DNA of 63,738 bases, the filler included, from Hyphochytrium catenoides (taxonomy: Eukaryota; Protista; Hyphochytriomycota): assembly GCA_900088475.1 (NCBI GenBank). It is 10 parts of 10 records of this genome, joined end to end, with 100 filler letters (N's around TTAATTAATTAA, not from the genome) between each part and the next. Parts side by side here need not be neighbours in the genome. Positions count along the whole stretch, not along the records: positions 50,169 to 56,672 come from FLMG01003223.1; positions 56,773 to 60,326 come from FLMG01000207.1; positions 60,427 to 62,486 come from FLMG01000843.1; positions 62,587 to 63,738 come from FLMG01003131.1; 6 more parts are not named here. One strand, written 5' to 3'. Shown here one piece after another: positions 56,566-63,738 of the stretch (the first letter of the stretch is position 1; the number at the start of each line of letters is the position of its first letter). Both the position numbers and the translations under genes were made by a program. The notes under the pieces are model-generated. The model had not been told where the DNA came from. It ran no database searches and saw nothing but the letters and a program-made list of their open reading frames with translations.

Positions 56566-59500
56566 TTATTGAGAGTTTTTTTTATCAAAAGATGGTGTTT
56601 TTATTGTTATAATGGTTCTAAAAAAAAAAAAAGAATTATATTACACAAATATTATTCTTAATTTTTGGGATTNNNNNNNNNNNNNNNNNNNNNNNNNNNN
56701 NNNNNNNNNNNNNNNNTTAATTAATTAANNNNNNNNNNNNNNNNNNNNNNNNNNNNNNNNNNNNNNNNNNNNACTAGCAGAACTACTACTGTTTCTCGTT
56801 AGGTGAGGAAGGAACAGAGTTTGAACTAAGTCACAGGCTCGCTGGAATGGACTCTAGTGTCGTCTTGCATCATTCAGCTCCTTCTAGGCCTTTTGAGGAG
56901 GTCCATCTTCTTCTTCTACATCTAATCTAATACTAGCTACTCTAACTATTGTTAATAATTTCGTCTTATGGTGGCTGTATGGGTGGCGAGGATGAATCCA
57001 GTGACGTCGTTACCTTGATACTGGTTTCTTGAGGACTTTCGCCTCCTTTAGGCGGTTTGATGTTGATAGAGACCTTGCCGCTATTGGTAATAATAGGAAG
57101 ACATAATTCTTCCAAATAGCTGCTTCGGTGTTGTTGAGACTTGGTAGCTTGCCTTTCTTCTTCTGCTGCTCTTTCGAACCGTTTCTTCTTTCTACCAAGA
57201 TTCATCGTCCCCGGTGGTTCCCAAAATTTTCAAATGCAGCTAACTTCTCCTGATAGGTTCCATTTACTTCGAAAAGGAACCAGATACAAACTTGTACCAG
57301 GTGTACCAGTTGTTCCTCTTATCCGTTTTCCTCAATGAGATGGCCTTTATCACTACTTAGAAGAAGAGAGGAAAGAAGAAGTAAATGGAGGAGGAGAAGA
57401 AGGAGATGATAGAAAAAGCAAGTGGAAGAGGAAGAGGAAGAAGAGACAGGAAAAGCTATTGTAACGCCTTGGCCTCGTCGGCTTCCTCTCGATCTGCTCC
57501 ACGCTCATCTTCAGAGATGATGGAAGAATCATATGATGACTTTTGACAGTAGGAATAAAAGGAGCAGAAGGAAGAGGAGGCGAACCACCAACCACTTCGG
57601 AGGAGGGATCTCTCGTTGTTGTCCTGTCCTCAATAACCTTAGAATCCCCTTCATCAAAGTGTAGATCCATGGAGAATGCTGATACAGCACTTGTACTGCA
57701 TTTGGTTAGGCTGAGATGAGACGACAGAGAGTTCCCGTTCTTGAGAGTAATCACAGTGGTTTGACTTCGTCGAGATGTTGCAGCATAACAATGATTTCAG
57801 AACCGTCTGGTGCTCCCCCTGCCTGTCCCGCTCATCGGAAACTATGCGCGTAGTAGGTTGTACGGGCTCTAATACTAGAATGTGGGGACCTGGCAGCCGC
57901 CGTGCCTAAAGCTCTGTCATACGCGTAATAGTAGCGGCGGGGCAGAGAAATGACGTTTTTTATTTATACAAATAGATGATATCTACTACTAATAACTGAG
58001 AAGAATTGAAAGAGAAAGAAGAAGAGGAGGAGGAGAACAAGACGAAGAAGAAGAAGGAGAAGACGAAGGAGAAGAAGAAGGAGAAGAGAAATGAAGAGGA
58101 GACGAGAGCTACAAAGCCCTGGACTCTACAACGCGTTCTTCTCCACCACCCTCACCTTCAATATTGAAGAAGAAAGAATAATCATAGGTTAACTCTTCCG
58201 CAATAATGATAGGAGGCGGAGGAGGAGAAGAAGAAAGGGGCGTGACGCCGTGACCATCATCAACATCGCGCTCAATTATCCAAGCTAAACAAGGCTCCAA
58301 CCAGTAAACAGAAAAACGCTTCAAAATTATAAATAAGAACTAGGTCAGTTAATTTATAACAGGGATGATAGCTACTACTAAATTACTAAGAAGTAAAAGA
58401 AGAAGAAGACGGAAGAGACGAAGAAGAAGAAGAAGGAGAAGAGAATTATTAGTCTTTATATAGGACCCGTTTGTTCGTATAAATATGTCTATAGTCGTGA
58501 CAACTGTTCCTTACGTCATACGGGCCAGGTTGAACTCTCTACTTTATTCACTGAGAGAGCGGTAGTGAGGTGGCAGCAGTGCGTCTCCAAAAAGCACAAC
58601 AGCAAGAGTGTTTCGACGCCGACAATGACTCATTATTATTATTAGCCGTCTACTTGATGTAAGGAGTACTGGAAGTTACTGCTGACGTTCGGCCTCTGTA
58701 CTAGAAGTCTCTGTCGAACTGCCTCCTCTGCACTAGTAGACCGTGCTGGTCTTCTGCGTTAGATTTGCAGATGGAAGTTCTGATGGCGCGCTTAAACTCC
58801 GCACTGGATACAAGGACCGACGCTCTTGAAAGCCCTTCTTCGTGTCTCTTCTAAGGTCTTTCGTTCTTTCTTCTACTTCTAAATATCTTCTTTGCATGTG
58901 CTGGATTTCATCGTAGAACTTGGACATAGGTTAGTTCTTCAACAGTAGTGATAGCTAGTAAGTTAGCGAATGTAGTAGTTTACCTACTTATTAGTTCTAG
59001 AAGAATCACTAGACAAGAGCTTCTTGATGAGCACTTGGTCAGGTGCGTGGTAAATTATGTCGAACTATTCTCGCTCCCGTACTCACAGATTCTCACGTCT
59101 ACATGGCTCTTCTACATACTATCACCACCGTCACCGTCGTGGTTCTCGTCTACATTCGGAGGAGAACTTTCCCACTGAACGTCATTCCTTTCTGAATGCA
59201 TGCTGCCGGCCATCTGGGAACTATCTTGTCCCTGGTTGCATTGACGCATGACCTGGCCTTCTTTGTAGAGGATTGCATCATGTTTTGGCTCTTTGGTCCA
59301 TTGTGTGCCTGGTTTCCGTGGGTGACCACTATGTTTTCATGACCTTGTGGATGGTCATTACAAAGTATTACGTCCAGCGCATCAAGATCAACCAGCCGCC
59401 CGCCCAAGAACACCTGGATATACTTGTGGTCATCTCGGAAACGCATCTTTGCATGTCAGTGTGTGATTCTAGCAATGTTCTTGACGATCCCGCAATGCCT

Positions 59501-60426
59501 TGTTGTCCTCTATTGGGACTCCGCCATTCAACAACAAAGCAAGAAAGAAGAAGACAGCAGGCTGCCACGGCACAAACAACACGACGCGAGGAGGGAGAGG
59601 GCATCATCAGACATCAACAAAAAAGACAGCGGAGATGTCGTCAGTGATGAAGCAAAACGGTAGTAGTATCAGTAGAAGATATCAAGAAGAACTAGTTGTA
59701 CGAGTACTATTGAACGGTGATGGTCCATCTGTACTGCCTACGCCCAGCCATCTCATCAGAACGCAAACATGAGGAGGAGGTAACGGGCAGTCCAATAATA
59801 GAACAGTAGTGAATGACTGCGAAAGGATGGTCTACCGGTCCAAAGGGAGAAAGACTTGAAAAGACTAGGAGGCATAGACTGTAGAACGACTCTGCGATCG
59901 CCTGGCCCGTCCTGGAGCCCGTCCTGGGCAACCGCCGTCTCACAATATACGAGAAACCAAGTGGGAGGACTCAGACCCGATTTCCTGCTTCTTCTATTGC
60001 TGCTGCTGGCTTCATCAGGGCTGATCCTGTCACTCGCGTACAGGACCTCTCAACATTGTCGCCTGTCGCGCTAAGTCGACTAGCAACCTCTAACTAGCAC
60101 CTACACCAGATGCTGCTAGTCTTAGCTGGCCGCGTGTCATCTTAGGCAACCTAAGCTAACTTGTCAGCCTCTCCTCCCTGTTGGCACATAGAAGACGCCA
60201 TTGATTGCCCTCTGGTCTGTCTCCGGCTTCCTTCAACTGTCCCTGTGAAGACTGCCATCCAAACGGTACAACAACTGTCATTTAAGAGTGTGATATTATT
60301 CCGACTACTGCACCAGACATCCCAGTNNNNNNNNNNNNNNNNNNNNNNNNNNNNNNNNNNNNNNNNNNNNTTAATTAATTAANNNNNNNNNNNNNNNNNN
60401 NNNNNNNNNNNNNNNNNNNNNNNNNN

Positions 60427-62486
60427 ATTGAGGGTTGTAATGGGGCTTGTTCGTTCCTGCCTATGGTCCTCTGTGGCTGAGGAGTAGATGCATGCGCTGT
60501 CCGGCAAGTCTTCTGACGTTGAATTGGGAGCTCTGTATCTTGCCGTCAAGTTCTCTGAGACGACAAGGTTGCCTTGTTGCGACCGGAATTGTCTTAGCTC
60601 TTGTTTCTTGTTCTGTTCTTGTATCGTTTCTTGATACTCTTGCTGCCGCTGTGTATCTGAGGAAGGGGGAGGCAAGGAAAGTGGAGAGCGTAACACGTCA
60701 GGGGAAGGCAAAGCCCCGGGAGGTAAAAATTCTGCAGATCGGTTCTTACCGTCAGACCCACCGACAGCTACCTTTGGACCGCCCTCCACTTGGGCTGCAG
60801 CAGGTTCGTCCGCTCGACAGACAAGAGCTCCGTCCAATGCACAATCGGAAGCAAATCTGCCAGCTGAAAGCCCACCCTGTTCTATGGTAGAAAGCTCATG
60901 TTCTTCTGAAGTCGGTAGAATCTGAAGTGGTGAGTCCTCGATACTGGCTCCTACCGAACCTGCAGCGATCGAATCGAAGGGAGAAGCAGATGCAAGAGGT
61001 ACTGGCTGCTCGGTGCAGGTTCCATTGCCGACGTCACTGGCTAGATGCAGCTCCAGAGTGACCTTAGTGCACGTAGAGACATTGTTTGTGATATTCGCAG
61101 CAGTTTCTAGGACATCTGCCCGGCCATCTTGGCCCTTAGATGGTAGTGCTTGGATCTGACAGAAAGTAGTGGAGCGTTTCAAGTCCTCTGCTAGGAATTG
61201 CTCTTGCGTTCTCTCGGCATCAGGCTCTGAGTCAACTATTAGTGAGTTGTTAGGGCCGTCAAGATGAGAGATGTAGCACTCATGCGAGAAGCAATTCTTA
61301 TTACCTTTGTGGCCAAATGAAGGCCTCTGAAGGGTGGCTCTTGTGTCGTCGTGGCTCACGGCATCATTGGAGACTCCATCTATGGAATGCGCTTCCATCT
61401 CTCGTTTTTCTACCATAACCTCGGTTGCACAGCGCTGTGACGGTACCTTCCCGTCCAATTCGACACTCTCTAAAAGGAGCGCCTGTTTAGCGGAGTCCTT
61501 CTCGCGGACTTCGTTGCTGTCTTCGTGGGCTTTAGAGTCACCCTCGACCGGAGGACCATCATGCGGCCCTTGATAAGACTCTTCCTTATCACCCTCCACC
61601 GGCTCTGCTGCAAAGGGGAGAAGTGAAGAGACTTGTGAGTAAGTAAGCGCCGCAAGAACTCTAACGAATGACGTTCTTGAGAGAGGTTAGAGGTGTGGCG
61701 GTCACCAAGCCCCTTGCTTGTTGACATGCCACTTTGAAGTACACTTAACCCCTTATCTTCTTGCTGTGGCTATGTTATCGTTGTACGCACACTAACTCTG
61801 TGTAAAGATGGATAGACTTACCTTCTTCGCTGATCAGCAGTACGAGTGCATCTGGGGATCCAGCACCGTCTGCGCTGCAACTCAGAGAGCTAGGCTGTTG
61901 TGAGGATGACTCAAGAGAAACGATCTCAGGTGCGGTTGCAGCTGTCCATTCTTCAAGGAGATCCGCAGGCTGTGGAATGGATCCGGCGATGGCTCCCGTT
62001 CGAGGAAGGTTGGTCTGAGTCTTCGTGACCCCACACGCGCCACCTGGTGTATTGCCTTCATCTGGTGAATGGGTTGATTGAGAAGGAGAGGTGAAGGGGG
62101 AGGACAGGAGAGTACGAGGACGTCAAGTTTAACAGCAAACAGATTGTTGGTTAAGGGTCGTACCTGGTAAGTGGATTCCTATGTGCAGAGAAGACTCCAC
62201 TTGTTTGTGTTCATAATCCTCCGTCAGGAGGGCAGATAGGGAGCAAACCCTACTGGCGGTCGTCAGAGTGGCAACGTCTGGGGTTACAGCGGGCTTCCTT
62301 GGCTGGGCGTCGGATTTCTCTGTCCTTTCTGGAGTCACTTGCAGCAGAGTGGCGGTAACCAACGGCATGGACGAATCCGCACTGTCTTGAATACTGGGAA
62401 GCTCGTCGTCATGTGAAGCTGACAACAGAAGGGGCGATTGCTCGATACTGGCTGACAAGAGGTTTGCAGCGATGGTATCAAAAGGA
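60427..62486 (-). CDS. Internal exons of a large acidic low-complexity protein
   Basis: About 390 open codons at 60427-61599 preceded by a ..TTTGCAG acceptor; further co-oriented S/D/E/P-rich open segments up to 62486. No domain recognised. Confidence 0.5.
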
Positions 62487-63738
62487 NNNNNNNNNNNNNN
62501 NNNNNNNNNNNNNNNNNNNNNNNNNNNNNNTTAATTAATTAANNNNNNNNNNNNNNNNNNNNNNNNNNNNNNNNNNNNNNNNNNNNGATTGCATGGGTAG
62601 TACACCTCTCAATCTTCTTTTTATTCAACAGCGTCGCCTGCATTGTGGCACAACCATCGCCTCAGTCTTCATCAGGCTGCAATCATTGGAAACCTAAAAA
62701 TCTGCTTGATGACCCCTTTGTCTGGACTTCTCCTGCCTTGGTGGCTTTTCTGCTTCTTGTCTTATTGATTGAGCCAGGTTGGCGGCAACAGCAGATCAGA
62801 TAACAACTACCACCTATGAGAAGCATCTAGGCCCACACACTCCTTCATCGTCGTAGCCCGACCCAGAGAGCCAACCCTAAATCAACATCATGCTAGTTGT
62901 GAACACTTCAGGTAGACATTGCTTGATGGTGTGGTGGGAGAAAGGGCAGGATGGACTTGGGAGCTGTTGTCTCACCTCGATGATATCAGCATTCTCCTCT
63001 TACTCAGGAGCAAAGCGCGTCACTTCTCTCTTGCGTGGAAGTTGTTGCACACTTCTGAACAGGTTTCCTTTGGCCAGCTTTAAGATTCCCAGGCTTCCAA
63101 GCCACACTTGCATTTTGCAGTCTCTTTGAACATAGCCAGTGCCCTTAGTGAACAGCACAATCTCTGCCGTTTATTCCTATTCTAGTCGCCCCAGAATCTA
63201 TCATGGAAAGCCAGTCTAAGTAACATTGCTCGCTCAGTATCCTGATGATGAGCGCCATAACCATTGCTAACCAGCTCGACGCTTTTTATCCGAAGCTCTC
63301 GATCACCGGAGCTCAAGCTTTTGGCCGACTTGACAAAAAAGAATGGTTAGAGCCCACGATGAACAGCTCGTCTCCTTGAGCTCTCTTCTCATCTCTCTTG
63401 CTCTATACCACCCCACGCTGTTACTGGCCTCTCCTGCTGACTTCTCCTCATTTATCAACTTTCCAGTCTCGACAAGCTTTGCGAGAAGTCTCAACCAGTT
63501 ACGCCTTCCATCAACAATCAATAACCATGAAACTCGCCACCATATTGACGCAACTCGTCCTTGGCCTCCTTGGTTCTACCTTGGCTCTCGCGACCGCTCC
63601 TGTGAATATCCAAGAGCAAGTGATCAGCTCACCGCAGCTTACAGCACAGGAGGGCCCAGTTGACAGCTCCTGTGCAAACAACAACGTAACCTGCCAGAAG
63701 TGGGACCACGACCAAGCAACAGTTAACCTTGTCTACAA

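Larger units (their letters stand above)
50169..56672. other. Mitochondrial genome fragment (whole contig)
   Basis: Abruptly AT-rich, intronless and densely packed with bacterial-type ribosomal protein genes, tRNAs and atp6. All ORFs are intact. Confidence 0.95.

Noticed and set aside
50169-56672. Nuclear mitochondrial insertion (NUMT) or bacterial/endosymbiont DNA
   Set aside because: It is a separate contig with all ORFs and tRNAs intact. The rearranged ribosomal-protein order with a lone atp6 and tRNAs lacking encoded CCA fits mtDNA, not a bacterial operon.
56773-60326. Short ORFs (58733-58927, 59150-59446 and others) and GAA-rich tracts
   Set aside because: No recognisable domain or consistent exon chain; cannot be supported as genes.
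18336-62586. Regularly recurring TTAATTAATTAA flanked by Ns, as a biological repeat or CRISPR-like array
   Set aside because: Exactly 44N+12+44N each time with six-frame stops: a concatenation linker. Cross-linker neighbourhoods (for example the retroelement next to mtDNA) are not real synteny.
62587-63738. Possible decayed LINE 3' region on the minus strand
   Set aside because: Only scattered Cys/His fragments across frames with many stops; no RT or endonuclease motif.

Overview
This is not one continuous locus. It is ten eukaryotic contigs/scaffolds joined by nine identical artificial 100-bp linkers (44 N + TTAATTAATTAA + 44 N), so adjacency across linkers means nothing. Nine pieces look like nuclear DNA of an intron-rich protist packed with (GA)n/(CT)n microsatellites; most ORF-track entries there are repeat artefacts. 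One piece (50169-56672) is an intact AT-rich mitochondrial fragment: rps13, rps11, trnS, trnP, rps8, rpl6, rps2, rps4, rps10, trnQ, trnI, trnE, trnV, trnR, trnL, trnD, atp6. It uses the standard code and has a stramenopile-type rps8-rpl6-rps2-rps4 order. Mobile elements: the 5' end of a Ty3/Gypsy element, an internally deleted Ty1/Copia RT-RNaseH, a CRE-type RT+restriction-like-endonuclease non-LTR element and two Helitron-like 3' ends. Genes reconstructed by hand: a Rab 5' end, a mitochondrion-targeted divergent ferredoxin, a tandem pair of 7TM proteins, a bZIP-like protein and a coiled-coil protein. Best candidates for something new: a secreted pre-pro-peptide releasing an acidic 10-Cys peptide after RRRL (4583-5074), a non-canonical mitochondrial cloverleaf with an 8-nt anticodon loop (54519-54586), and the 7TM paralog pair differing by one intron. 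All assignments are by eye; no database search was run.
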